DNA from: Verrucomicrobiota bacterium
Lineage (GTDB): Bacteria > Verrucomicrobiota > Verrucomicrobiia > Opitutales > Cerasicoccaceae
Length of the DNA: 64,000 nt
Assembly: GCA_039818205.1 (NCBI GenBank)
Contig: JBCBUK010000007.1
Span: 64,001 to 128,000 of the forward strand
Direction of reading: 5' to 3'
Positions 1 through 9,387 of the stretch are shown here, piece by piece; within the stretch, counting starts at the first letter, position 1; the number at the start of each line of letters is the position of its first letter. The translations under genes and the position numbers were made by a program. Under the pieces are notes generated by a model. That model saw nothing but the letters and a program-made list of their open reading frames with translations, did not search any database and was not told where the DNA came from.

Positions 1-1
1 G

Positions 2-457
2 GACGCGGGCGAGATCGGATCCGGCCACTCAGTCACTGCCCTTTACGAAATCATCCCCGTTGGTATCGAATCGGATTTTTCCACGAGCACGGTTGACAAA
101 CTCAAGTATGGCGAAAACTCGTTGAGCGCACCCGCAACATCCGACTCGGAATTCGCCAATGAGCTGATGACCGTAAAACTTCGCTACAAGCTGCCGGATG
201 AAGATACCTCTACCTTACTATCCACAGTGATAAACAAACTGGACGGATCGACCGCAACCTCAGCGGATCTTCAATTCGCGTCTGCCGTTGCGGAATTCGG
301 CATGCTCCTGCGCGATTCCCAGTTCAAGGGCAACTCAGACTGGGATTCGTTAATTCAGCGCGCTCGTCAATCAATTGGAAAGGATCCATCTGGAATCCGT
401 TTGGAGTTCATCGACCTCGCTCGGCGTGCGCAAGGAATTGCGGAGCAGAACCAATAG
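2..457 (+). CDS. 3' end of YfbK-like vWA / DUF3520 domain protein (partial, runs off the left edge)
   Basis: Frame is open from nt 2: DAGEIGSGHSVTALYEI...VKLRYKLP...FASAVAEFGMLLRDS, typical of the YfbK/DUF3520 C-terminus. Confidence 0.85.
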   Translation, partial: DAGEIGSGHSVTALYEIIPVGIESDFSTSTVDKLKYGENSLSAPATSDSEFANELMTVKLRYKLPDEDTSTLLSTVINKLDGSTATSADLQFASAVAEFGMLLRDSQFKGNSDWDSLIQRARQSIGKDPSGIRLEFIDLARRAQGIAEQNQ

Positions 458-548
458 CGAAGACCCATTACTAATCAGAGTAAAGCGATCGTCTAGTGGC
501 GGCCTCGGCAGTGATACGGGGCCGCCTTTATAATCCTTATTTACCAAC

Positions 549-1874
549 TCAACTGTCATTGTCCAACTCGATCACCGCACCGTTTGCGATTACCGAACCA
601 ACCCGTAACCCGCAGACATCATCCAGAAAAACCGGAGTCCGACAATCGGATTCAATCGACTCGATCACGACGTTTTCCAAGGAGACCCCATCCACGTGTC
701 GCAAATAAAGGCCGTAGCTCGGCAACTGTTTGAGGCAATAGAACTCTGGCCAATGGTCTTTCACAACATCCAGTGTAAACTCGTTAACCTCACGTTGTTC
801 CGCCATTGCTCGCGTTCCTCCGCCTGCGACAACAAAATGAACATCCCGAAGGGTGATGTCTGAAATTGAGTATCCCGGAAAACCGCTGATAAAAATTGCT
901 GAGTGCACATCCCCCACTCGGTTATCGATCATCAGGTTGCAAAACGAAAAATGGTGCATCGTCGCCAGGGGCTCAAGAACACCCTCCGGCACCTCACGAC
1001 TCGCTCGTTGTTGACTAAAAGTCATGAAAATTGGCCGCGGTACATTTCGCATCACCAGATTCGAGAAGACCATATTTCGCATCTCGCCACCTTCACATTG
1101 CTGAATCTTGATACCGGCATCATCGATGTCGTGAAATGTGCAATTGCTGACGGCGACCGAATGGATGTCGCCACGCGAGAGCAATCCGATGCGCAGGCCC
1201 GCCCATTGCGTTGAAAAGATGCAGTTAGAAATCACGATATCCCGACAGGGATACTCCGGGCGGGAAGCCTGTAAACAAATGCTATCGTCACTGTTATCGA
1301 AGTTGCAATTGGTGACGCGGACATTGGTGCAACCGTCGAAGTCCAACCCATCGCCATTCAGGTTCACGCGGCTCGAAATCGTGATTCCCACCACTGATAT
1401 ATCATCGCAATACAAGAAGGCAGTCGTCCAAGCCGCCGGGTTGCTCAGACTAATGTTGTTCAACCGCATCTTTCTGCACCGCAGGAGTCTTAGCAACATG
1501 GGCCGTTCGTGAGGGAAATTCTCCTGGTGCCCATTTCCGTCAATCACTCCTTCGCCTTCGATGGCCACCGACTCCAAGTCTTCACCGTAGATCAGGCAGC
1601 GATCCAAACAGTCGGAATCTTTATACAAAAGCTTATACGTGTCGGTCGCATAGTCATCGACCAAGGGGCTTCCCAACAACGTCGTCCCGGGTTCAACTCT
1701 TAGGGTCACGAAACTCTTTAGGCGCAGGGTGCCGGTCAAATAGGCACCGCCGCCGCCAACAACAACGATGCCACCGCCCTGCGCCGAGCAAGTATCAATC
1801 GCTTGCTGAATCAATGGAGCGTTGTTGGTCACTCTATCGTTCTTGGCTCCGAAATCCTTTATATCGTATTGCAT
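549..1874 (-). CDS. Glycoside hydrolase family 28 (polygalacturonase-like beta-helix)
   Basis: YDIKDFGAK...IQQAID N-terminus; NGDGLD, DDSI and G-I-K-I motifs; start placed at ATG 1874. Confidence 0.85.
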   Translation of the reverse strand: MQYDIKDFGAKNDRVTNNAPLIQQAIDTCSAQGGGIVVVGGGGAYLTGTLRLKSFVTLRVEPGTTLLGSPLVDDYATDTYKLLYKDSDCLDRCLIYGEDLESVAIEGEGVIDGNGHQENFPHERPMLLRLLRCRKMRLNNISLSNPAAWTTAFLYCDDISVVGITISSRVNLNGDGLDFDGCTNVRVTNCNFDNSDDSICLQASRPEYPCRDIVISNCIFSTQWAGLRIGLLSRGDIHSVAVSNCTFHDIDDAGIKIQQCEGGEMRNMVFSNLVMRNVPRPIFMTFSQQRASREVPEGVLEPLATMHHFSFCNLMIDNRVGDVHSAIFISGFPGYSISDITLRDVHFVVAGGGTRAMAEQREVNEFTLDVVKDHWPEFYCLKQLPSYGLYLRHVDGVSLENVVIESIESDCRTPVFLDDVCGLRVGSVIANGAVIELDNDS

Positions 1875-1925
1875 GGTCCTTTGGGGAAACGGAATAGCCA
1901 AAGGGTGCCCAGAAGTCCAGTTCTC

Positions 1926-2372
1926 TCAACGCTCTGCTTCACTCAACTGTTTTAACTTCTCCAGCGCATTGGGCCAACATGTCGTGAACATCTCAACGAA
2001 GGCTTCATCCGTTTCAGTTATGACCAACAAATGACATACTCGATCGACCTCCGTAATAGAGTACTCTTCGGTCGACCCAATCCATTTCGTTGCGTCATCG
2101 CTACTGGTATCTTCGGTACCATCGACACCCAGGATTGCAACATGACGAACACACAATTGCTTGTTGGCTTCAACGCATTCAACCAATGCACGCGTTCCAC
2201 CCATGTTTGGATCAACAAAATCAACGGTTTGACCTTCGACCCATTCACCCCAAAATTGCGAATCTGGAGAAAAAGCACTCGCCCAGGTTTGATAGTTTTC
2301 GGGTTCAACCAGAGCTGCCCAAACAGCACTCGCGGGCGCATGGATAACCGTTGTATGAGTCAGTGTTTTCAT
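1926..2372 (-). CDS. SRPBCC/START-like domain protein
   Basis: 148 aa; IHAPASAVWAAL...W...WPNALEKLKQLSE pattern. Confidence 0.8.
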   Translation of the reverse strand: MKTLTHTTVIHAPASAVWAALVEPENYQTWASAFSPDSQFWGEWVEGQTVDFVDPNMGGTRALVECVEANKQLCVRHVAILGVDGTEDTSSDDATKWIGSTEEYSITEVDRVCHLLVITETDEAFVEMFTTCWPNALEKLKQLSEAER

Positions 2373-2448
2373 TAACCAACAAACTTAAATTAAAGATGGA
2401 TAGACTCTATCCGCAATTAACCAAAAAAGCAACGCCTGTCGCGCGAAT

Positions 2449-3234
2449 CTAAACCTGAGCTTTTGTCACAAAAACAACCGATTCTCCGGCTGTAAGCAGT
2501 TCCCCTTCGACATCAAATACATCGCGAAAGAGATCGTTGTTCAGCGTATCATGGATTGGGCCGGAAGCGAAGGTCTTCCCTTCGCTGAGCACTAAACACT
2601 CATCCGCATAAGCCAGAGCCAAATTAAAATCGTGCAGGATGCAGGCCACACCAACTCCGCGCGATGCCATTCGCTTGGCTTCGCGTAAACAGGCGTGTTG
2701 ATGCGCGACATCGAGGTTGTTAGTGGGTTCGTCCAGGAGCAGGTATCGTTGCTCTAACGAGCCCGCCACTGGCCAGATCTGGGCCAGGCAACGCGCCAGG
2801 TGGACTCGTTGTTGTTCACCACCAGACAATGTCATATAATGCCGATCAGCCAATTCATCAACGTCAGCATCCTTCATCGCTTCGTCCACAATTTCTGATT
2901 GCTCACGCGGCTCATAGGAACCGATGTGCGGCAAGCGCCCCATCTCCACGACTTCGCGCACGGTAAAATTGAAACCCAGGTTCGAGCTCTGCGCGAGCAC
3001 AGCGCGTCGGCTGGCCAAGTTCCGTGCCGAGTACTCAGTTAGCGGTTGCCCATCCAACACCACACTTCCGTGCTGTGGCTCCAATCCTCCACCTAACAGG
3101 CGAAACAAAGTCGTCTTCCCGGCACCATTTGGCCCAAGAATCGCCAGCATACGGCCTGGGGATACACTTACCGAGACATCTTCAAGGATCGACTTCGGGC
3201 CGTAAGCAAAACTCAATTTATTCGCGACAAGCAT
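2449..3234 (-). CDS. hmuV: Haem ABC transporter ATP-binding protein
   Basis: GPNGAGKT, LSGGEQQRVHLARCLAQIW, LLLDEPT; operon context. Confidence 0.9.
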   Translation of the reverse strand: MLVANKLSFAYGPKSILEDVSVSVSPGRMLAILGPNGAGKTTLFRLLGGGLEPQHGSVVLDGQPLTEYSARNLASRRAVLAQSSNLGFNFTVREVVEMGRLPHIGSYEPREQSEIVDEAMKDADVDELADRHYMTLSGGEQQRVHLARCLAQIWPVAGSLEQRYLLLDEPTNNLDVAHQHACLREAKRMASRGVGVACILHDFNLALAYADECLVLSEGKTFASGPIHDTLNNDLFRDVFDVEGELLTAGESVVFVTKAQV

Positions 3235-3238
3235 ATCA

Positions 3239-4297
3239 CTAAACAGTCATTTGACGCCGCCCACCCAACAGCAACAACAAGAAAAACGGACCACCAAGTA
3301 AGGCGGTTAAAATTCCGATCTGCAACTCAGCCGGAGCCGCCACCGTCCGGGCAAAGGTATCAGCAATCAACAGCAGTAATCCCCCGCTGAGCGCACTCAC
3401 TGGCAACAGCAAGCGATGGTCCGGCCCTAAGCTAAGACGAACGATATGCGGAGCCACTAAACCAATGAATCCAATGATGCCTGAGAAGGCAACGGTCACG
3501 CCCACCATCAATGCACTCACGACGATGGCCAATTGTTTCACCCGGTTGACGTTTACCCCCAGGTGGTACGCCTCAAGCTCGCCAAGTAGGAATGCGTTCA
3601 ACGCTTGCCCCAGGCGCAAGGCAACGACCAGGCAGGGAGCCAGGATCACCAGAAGAATGCCGACGCTCGTCCAGGTTGCACCCGCCAAGCTTCCGAGAGT
3701 CCAGAACGTCACCGTCCGCAACTGATCGTCATTGGCCACCAAGGTGACGCATAGCCCAATCAACGCACCGGCGATCGCATTGATCGCAATCCCCGTAAGG
3801 AGCATGGACGCAACGTGAATTCGTCCACCAACTCGTGACAGCTGATATACCAGAAAAGTGACCCCAACGCCGCCGGCCATCGCCATCAAAGGGAGCAGCG
3901 CTAAGTCAAAAAAGTAACTGCTTATGCCGAACGCCGGGAACAACACAATTGCGACAACGGCACCCATGGCCGAGCCACTCGAAACACCGATCAAGCCCGG
4001 GTCTGCCAAGGGATTCCGGAACAAGCCTTGCAAAACTGCGCCTGAAACTGCCAGGCCAGCCCCAATCAAAACCGCCAGAATGATCCGTGGTAAACGGATC
4101 TGCCAAATCACGGAACTGGCCACATTGAGCTCCGGATTCTCGCGACCCAGTAACTTCTCAAACAAGACTGAAAGAACTTCGCCCCAACTGAGCTTCATTG
4201 CCCCGGTGCCCAACGAAATCCCCGCGGCCAGAAAAAGAACCGCGATCAGAATAACGTAAACCCACAGACGGCGAGCACCCTTAATACGCAAAGGCAT
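3239..4297 (-). CDS. hmuU: Haem ABC transporter permease (FecCD family)
   Basis: IRLPRIILA, FRNPLADPGLIGVSSG, GIIGFIGLVAPHIVR. Confidence 0.9.
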   Translation of the reverse strand: MPLRIKGARRLWVYVILIAVLFLAAGISLGTGAMKLSWGEVLSVLFEKLLGRENPELNVASSVIWQIRLPRIILAVLIGAGLAVSGAVLQGLFRNPLADPGLIGVSSGSAMGAVVAIVLFPAFGISSYFFDLALLPLMAMAGGVGVTFLVYQLSRVGGRIHVASMLLTGIAINAIAGALIGLCVTLVANDDQLRTVTFWTLGSLAGATWTSVGILLVILAPCLVVALRLGQALNAFLLGELEAYHLGVNVNRVKQLAIVVSALMVGVTVAFSGIIGFIGLVAPHIVRLSLGPDHRLLLPVSALSGGLLLLIADTFARTVAAPAELQIGILTALLGGPFFLLLLLGGRRQMTV

Positions 4298-4332
4298 CGG
4301 CTAAACAAAGAAGCGTGTTGAGATGAGAACGA

Positions 4333-5208
4333 CTATTGGCTAACCGAAGCAAAGAGCTGGTTCCAACGCGCAATAGACTCGGCCAGCCGCGGGCCGAAAG
4401 CAAGATCATCCATGGGCACGCCATGAACTGCGCCCGCTTGCACTGCTGCAAGCGAGCCCAGCATCGGCATTGAACGGAGAGCGTCAACCGTCGCCTGAGA
4501 TGCTCCGTGTTGATCCGAAATGCCAACCAGAATGATGTCTGGGTTGATCTCAATCAAACTTTCGAGTGAAAGGGTTTTGAATCCGTCAAACCCCGCCGCT
4601 CCATTCTTTCCGCCGGCCAACGAGATCAATGAATCCGAACGCGTTGCTTCGCCACCCGCGGTTCCGGGCGCTCCCAATGAGGGAGGTCGCAGAAAGAAAA
4701 CGACTACCGGCTTGCGGTCCCATGACGAACTCTCCGTACGCGCATCGCCTTCCGCTTCGCGAACCCGTCGGATGATGCCCTCTGCCTGGTCATCTCGATC
4801 CAGCTTCTTCGCAATCGCCTCCACCGATTGTTCCAATGCCTCAATGCTATTGGGCTCCGGACACCAAACCGTGGGAATCGCCAACTGCTTGAGGATCTTT
4901 TTTGCCGCCGGCGGGCCAAGCGATTCGGTTGTCACGACCAAGTCGGGGTCCATCGACAAGATTCCCTCTGGGGAAATATTTCTAATGTATCCAACCTGCG
5001 GCAAATCCTGCGTCGACTCCGGGTAAGTACTGCTAAGATCCACGGCAACCACCTGATCTCCAGCGCCCAACGCGTAGACGATCTCCGTTGCCGCTCCACC
5101 GACCGTCACAATGCGGTCGTAACGAGCACCCGAGGCAAGCTGGGAACACACCAATGGCATAAGAATCGAGACGATCGCGGTGAATTTTACATATTGATAT
5201 TGAGACAT
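4333..5208 (-). CDS. hmuT: Periplasmic haem-binding protein
   Basis: Signal peptide; RIVTVGGAATEIVYALG, VAVDLSSTYP, VGYIRNISPEGILS (haem-ligating Tyr region); start uncertain. Confidence 0.88.
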   Translation of the reverse strand: MSQYQYVKFTAIVSILMPLVCSQLASGARYDRIVTVGGAATEIVYALGAGDQVVAVDLSSTYPESTQDLPQVGYIRNISPEGILSMDPDLVVTTESLGPPAAKKILKQLAIPTVWCPEPNSIEALEQSVEAIAKKLDRDDQAEGIIRRVREAEGDARTESSSWDRKPVVVFFLRPPSLGAPGTAGGEATRSDSLISLAGGKNGAAGFDGFKTLSLESLIEINPDIILVGISDQHGASQATVDALRSMPMLGSLAAVQAGAVHGVPMDDLAFGPRLAESIARWNQLFASVSQ

Positions 5209-5275
5209 AATTTCAAAAAGTTGCAATTTTCAGTTGACCCTCGCAAGCTTTTATTGTTCTTGAGTTCCATTCTCA
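5200..5275. promoter_or_regulatory. Two Fur-box-like 7-1-7 inverted repeats in the hmuT/hmuS divergent promoter
   Basis: TTGAGACATAATTTCAA (5200-5216) and TGAGTTCCATTCTCA (5261-5275) resemble TGAGAAT-N-ATTCTCA. Confidence 0.55.
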
Positions 5276-5297
5276 CTTACAAAACTAGCAAAACAGC

Positions 5298-6341
5298 ATG
5301 TCGAAACTACTTTCCTCTCCAATCAATGAGCGCTACCGCGATTTGATGAATTCCACTAAAGGCCTACGGCAACGCGACGCTGCTGAGCGTCTCAATGCCA
5401 CCGAAGCCGAACTTGTTGCCGCAAACTGCGGATGCGAATCCACCCAGCTCGATGTCAGCGACTGGATCTCATTTATTAAGGAGCTCAAGCTCCTCGGACG
5501 TGTGATGGTGCTAACTCGTAACGATCACTGCGTCCACGAACGAAAGGGTTGCTACGAATCCATTATTGGGCACGGGAAGCGTATTGGCCTCGTTACTGGC
5601 AAAGACATCGACCTGCGCCTCTTTTTTGAGGCATGGCAGTATGCGTTCGCGGTTACAGCGCCGGGTCGCGGTGGCAAAGCCCTGCAGTCCATCCAGTTTT
5701 TCGATCGCTACGGCAACGCCGTTCACAAGGCATACCCGCAGGAGAGCGATCGCCAAGGAGAATACGAAAGCCTCGTCGAGCGCTTCCGCGCAGCGGAGCA
5801 ATCGGATTCGATTCTCATTGATGCCAAGCCAGCGAAAACATCCCACCCGTCCCTTGAGGAGTCACAACAAGCAACATTCCTTGACGAGTGGGAGAAGCTA
5901 CAGGATACGCATGATTTCTTCCCACTTCTTGGCCGTTACGATGTTGGTCGGCTGCAAGCCATGGAGATTGCCGAGGGACGGTTTACCCGTCGCCTCGACA
6001 CTCAGGCGGCCCGGACCGTGCTTGAGCAAGCGCGTGATCAGGAAGTCTCGATCATGGTCTTCGTGGGCAATGATTCCGCAATTCAGATTCATACCGGACC
6101 GGTGCAAAAATTAGCCATCTCCGGAGAATGGTTCAACGTATTAGACCCCGATTTCAATCTACACCTCAACGAAACGGGCATCGCCAGTGCCTGGCACGTC
6201 ACCAAGCCCACCAAGGACGGCGACGTAAACTCACTGGAGCTCTACGACGCCGATGGTGAGATCATCGCGCAGTTCTTTGGAGCACGAAAGCCAGGAATTC
6301 CGGAGCGATCGGATTGGCGGCAAATCTGCGACGGTCTCTAG
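5298..6341 (+). CDS. hmuS: HmuS/HemS/ChuS-family haem-degrading or trafficking protein
   Basis: LTRNDHCVHERKG, IDLRLFF, SIQFFD..G.AVHK, DTHDFF, IMVFVGN..IQIHTG, FGARKPG. Confidence 0.93.
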   Translation: MSKLLSSPINERYRDLMNSTKGLRQRDAAERLNATEAELVAANCGCESTQLDVSDWISFIKELKLLGRVMVLTRNDHCVHERKGCYESIIGHGKRIGLVTGKDIDLRLFFEAWQYAFAVTAPGRGGKALQSIQFFDRYGNAVHKAYPQESDRQGEYESLVERFRAAEQSDSILIDAKPAKTSHPSLEESQQATFLDEWEKLQDTHDFFPLLGRYDVGRLQAMEIAEGRFTRRLDTQAARTVLEQARDQEVSIMVFVGNDSAIQIHTGPVQKLAISGEWFNVLDPDFNLHLNETGIASAWHVTKPTKDGDVNSLELYDADGEIIAQFFGARKPGIPERSDWRQICDGL

Positions 6342-6421
6342 GAGACCAACGCAGGCCCTTCACGGTCATCATGCTCCCAAATCTTTGACTCACACTCATC
6401 ACCACCAATCACTATTGAGAC

Positions 6422-6436
6422 TGAGACACTTTCTCT
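6422..6436. promoter_or_regulatory. Fur-box-like site upstream of the PEP-CTERM gene
   Basis: TGAGACACTTTCTCT, preceded by an extra TTGAGAC; same pattern as the 5200/5261 boxes. Confidence 0.45.
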
Positions 6437-6448
6437 AAAATAGCTTTT

Positions 6449-7153
6449 ATGGAAAACAAAACAACCATATCCCTCTTGGCTTTGCTGTCAGGATCGACTG
6501 CCTTTGCGACGCTTAACATTGGACTGCCCAATGGCTCGACCACTGAATCGTGGTCGGATCTAAACAGCACCAACTACACCGTCGAAGACGGCTACAACAC
6601 AATCGGCAATTTCGATGCCGGTTGGTCAACGGCAATCGCTTCGGACACCGGAACCGCCACGTTTGACAAACTCGCGGGTACCAACGGCTATCCGGCGAGC
6701 AGCTCAATATACAACTTCGAAGACTTTGCCCCACCCTTTTCGGAACCGGGCGTCTACTTCATCACCGAAGCTTCGCCGATCGCCGGATTGGAAACAGTCG
6801 TATTTCAAACCGACACGGTATTCTCGGATCCCTTCCCACAGCTTCCCGTGTTGAGCTATAACGGTGGCAGCCAAGAGTTGTCGGCAGATCTCACTGATAC
6901 AACGGTGGGTGGATTCAACTTTGCCGGTGACCAATCTCAGAATCTCTCTTTTCAGTGGGACCTCAGCAGCGTGGGCGAAAGCATCACCGATTTTGTTATC
7001 CAATGGCAGTCGCCGAACCACACGGCCAACTTTCAGATGCAATTGGATCAAGGCGACACGTTCGTTGGCGTGATTCCAGAACCATCGCACTATGTTCTTT
7101 TGACCAGCCTATGCGCTGGAACGCTATTGATGCTTCGCAGAAAGAGGTGTTAG
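6449..7153 (+). CDS. PEP-CTERM protein, haem-locus associated (candidate haemophore)
   Basis: Signal peptide; VIPEPS + hydrophobic helix + RRKR; core domain paralogous to the N-terminus of 7217..8521. Confidence 0.85.
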   Translation: MENKTTISLLALLSGSTAFATLNIGLPNGSTTESWSDLNSTNYTVEDGYNTIGNFDAGWSTAIASDTGTATFDKLAGTNGYPASSSIYNFEDFAPPFSEPGVYFITEASPIAGLETVVFQTDTVFSDPFPQLPVLSYNGGSQELSADLTDTTVGGFNFAGDQSQNLSFQWDLSSVGESITDFVIQWQSPNHTANFQMQLDQGDTFVGVIPEPSHYVLLTSLCAGTLLMLRRKRC

Positions 7154-7165
7154 TCGAATAATGCG

Positions 7166-7197
7166 CCTGCTGGCGGAAGTCAGCCACCGCCAGCAGG
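7166..7197 (+). other. Intergenic GC-rich stem-loop without a U-tract
   Basis: CCTGCTGGCGG (7166-7176) / CCGCCAGCAGG (7187-7197), perfect 11-bp stem. Confidence 0.7.
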
Positions 7198-7216
7198 TAC
7201 CAATTCCTACCATACC

Positions 7217-8521
7217 ATGAAATCAGAAATCGCGACCTTAATCGCGGGCCTCGTCACTGCCCAATCGCTTTGCGCGCAGTTCATTACCCCGGACTACCGT
7301 GAGGACGACTTCGACGAGAACTTTGCCTACTGGGTTGGGTTTGATGTCGCCTATACGCCCGAGCAACCGCCCTACACTGGACTGGGTTTTGACGATGTGA
7401 ATATTCCGTTTGCCGGCGGCAATCAAAATGCCCGTCTCGCCCAAGACGAAGCCGATGCTGCGATCATTACCTCGACCGGCGGAATCTACAGTTTCCAAGA
7501 GGGCTCGACCAGTTACAAGGTCTACGACAATCCTGACTACAGCCCAGGAAGTATATTGTTCCAGACCGCGACGCTTACAGGTAGCCAATCCCTGCCCGAC
7601 CTTTCAAGCGCGAAGCTATTCTACCGCACATCGAGCAGTGGCCCTTGGGTCGAGGCAGATATTCCGATCGCAGCAGCACTGGAAAGTTCAAATTCTACTG
7701 GTGACCAATTCACCGTTTGGGAATGGGACACGAGCAGCCTGCTGATCGCCGACTACTACATACAATTTTCCTATTCGCTGAACCATTCCAGCTTCATTGA
7801 AGCTCAGCTCGACACCCATGAATCCTATGAGCAACAGCTCGACGGTTTCAGCATCAATGTGGATACAAACATTCCATTTGGCCTCCTCTTTGGGGTCATT
7901 GATCGGAGCCCAGAAAAGCTCATCTATAACGCGGGCGAAAGCGTAACGCTCGAAGTCGTGACGAACAGCAGTTTTCAATTTGTGAAGTGGATCGGAGACT
8001 TTGGCGAATCGACTGATAACCCAATGACGATTACGATCGACGACAACTTGGAACTTCAGGCGATCCTTGCTCCAGTGAACTATCAGGTCTGGCGCCAGAT
8101 TGCCTTTCCTGCTGCGCACGGGTCGGGCGCCGACCTCGGCGAAGACTGGGCATCCGATTTCGACTTTGATTTGGACGGGCGTATCAACCTGATTGAGTAT
8201 GCGTTTGGCGGAACTCCGGTTGCTTCAGATTTGGAGACTAAGCAGATCGAACTCCGCGTCATCGAGCTAGAAGGGAAACGCTACCCTGCAATCGAGTTTG
8301 CACAACAAGTTGCTGCCAATGATTTGACCTACGACGTTGCCAGCTCATCTGATCTTCAAAGCTGGCAAACCAACAATGACCCAGGCGCTCCCTTTGTTTC
8401 CGATCCGGAAATCATCTCGCTGAATAACGATGGAACCAAACAAGTCCTTGTACGTTCATTGACTCCCTTGGATTCAGAGAACCAACGCCCGTTCCTACAA
8501 CTGCTCATCCTGGCTGACTAA
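7217..8521 (+). CDS. Secreted protein: haem-locus domain + InlB B-repeat/Flg_new-like domain + C-terminal putative sorting domain
   Basis: Signal peptide; YNAGESVTL...FVKW.GD...NPMTITID repeat; DFDLDGRINLIEYAFGGTP and SSSDLQSW...FLQL tail. Confidence 0.75.
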   Translation: MKSEIATLIAGLVTAQSLCAQFITPDYREDDFDENFAYWVGFDVAYTPEQPPYTGLGFDDVNIPFAGGNQNARLAQDEADAAIITSTGGIYSFQEGSTSYKVYDNPDYSPGSILFQTATLTGSQSLPDLSSAKLFYRTSSSGPWVEADIPIAAALESSNSTGDQFTVWEWDTSSLLIADYYIQFSYSLNHSSFIEAQLDTHESYEQQLDGFSINVDTNIPFGLLFGVIDRSPEKLIYNAGESVTLEVVTNSSFQFVKWIGDFGESTDNPMTITIDDNLELQAILAPVNYQVWRQIAFPAAHGSGADLGEDWASDFDFDLDGRINLIEYAFGGTPVASDLETKQIELRVIELEGKRYPAIEFAQQVAANDLTYDVASSSDLQSWQTNNDPGAPFVSDPEIISLNNDGTKQVLVRSLTPLDSENQRPFLQLLILAD

Positions 8522-8556
8522 CTCTTTTGAGCGAGGCGTTCAAATGCGGTTACATT

Positions 8557-9387
8557 CTAGCTCGGGATGGGCTTGCGCTTTGTAAAGAGCAGGCCGATCA
8601 CCAGCGCAAATAAGGCAATGGGAGCCAGGCTCAACCAACTGAAAGTATTGATCCCCTCCAAGCGGATATCTTCGATACTGCGGCTGATCGCGCCACCGCG
8701 CCCAAACACGCAGAGGCGATAAGGACGAGAAAGGTTTAAGGTCGGGCCATCACCAAAAGCAACCAATTGATCATCAAGCCAATACTCCCACTGGTCGGGC
8801 TTGACTATAACCCGGATACGATGAGTCCCTTCGGTAGGCCCTCCCCGGTAGAGCCGCAATTGCTCCTCTCCGTTCCGTACCAACAATCCCGCATCCATGC
8901 GATTCTGCACGATTCGGAAAACTAAGCAGTCGGGAGTTGGCTCGTTGGCGAATTCAACCTGATTCGTAAATCTCAACGACAATCCATTTTTGAGGTCTCT
9001 CGGACTAACTTGATCAGCTGCAAGCAATCCGATCTCGAACTGATTTGCGTTAAAGTCGTCAACCCGATCCGTAGAAACCGATGCCTCAAGAAGAAACCCA
9101 TCCTCACTAACAAAGGCACTATTGGTGAACCAGTATGCGCGCGGCCCCGGAAGTTGGCTTTCTTGAAAGTATTCAAGTTTTCCATCCAGTTCGCGCCAGG
9201 AGCCCTTCTGGTTGGACCACTGATGAGCGCGAATCTCGTGCACCAGACCAAAGCCCATTTCGCTATTATCCTCCAAGTTCGATTCGCCAATGAAATCGTT
9301 CTCGTACAGCACTCGTCCCATCAACATCTGGGGAGAGGTCGCAAGAAGAGTCAAAAAAAACGCGCAAATGAACTTCAGGTTCATCAT
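8557..9387 (-). CDS. Exported, C-terminally membrane-anchored hypothetical protein (possible ConA/LamG-like sandwich)
   Basis: Signal peptide, beta-rich body, C-terminal TM + KRK; its ATG overlaps the kinase stop (ATGA). Confidence 0.7.
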   Translation of the reverse strand: MMNLKFICAFFLTLLATSPQMLMGRVLYENDFIGESNLEDNSEMGFGLVHEIRAHQWSNQKGSWRELDGKLEYFQESQLPGPRAYWFTNSAFVSEDGFLLEASVSTDRVDDFNANQFEIGLLAADQVSPRDLKNGLSLRFTNQVEFANEPTPDCLVFRIVQNRMDAGLLVRNGEEQLRLYRGGPTEGTHRIRVIVKPDQWEYWLDDQLVAFGDGPTLNLSRPYRLCVFGRGGAISRSIEDIRLEGINTFSWLSLAPIALFALVIGLLFTKRKPIPS

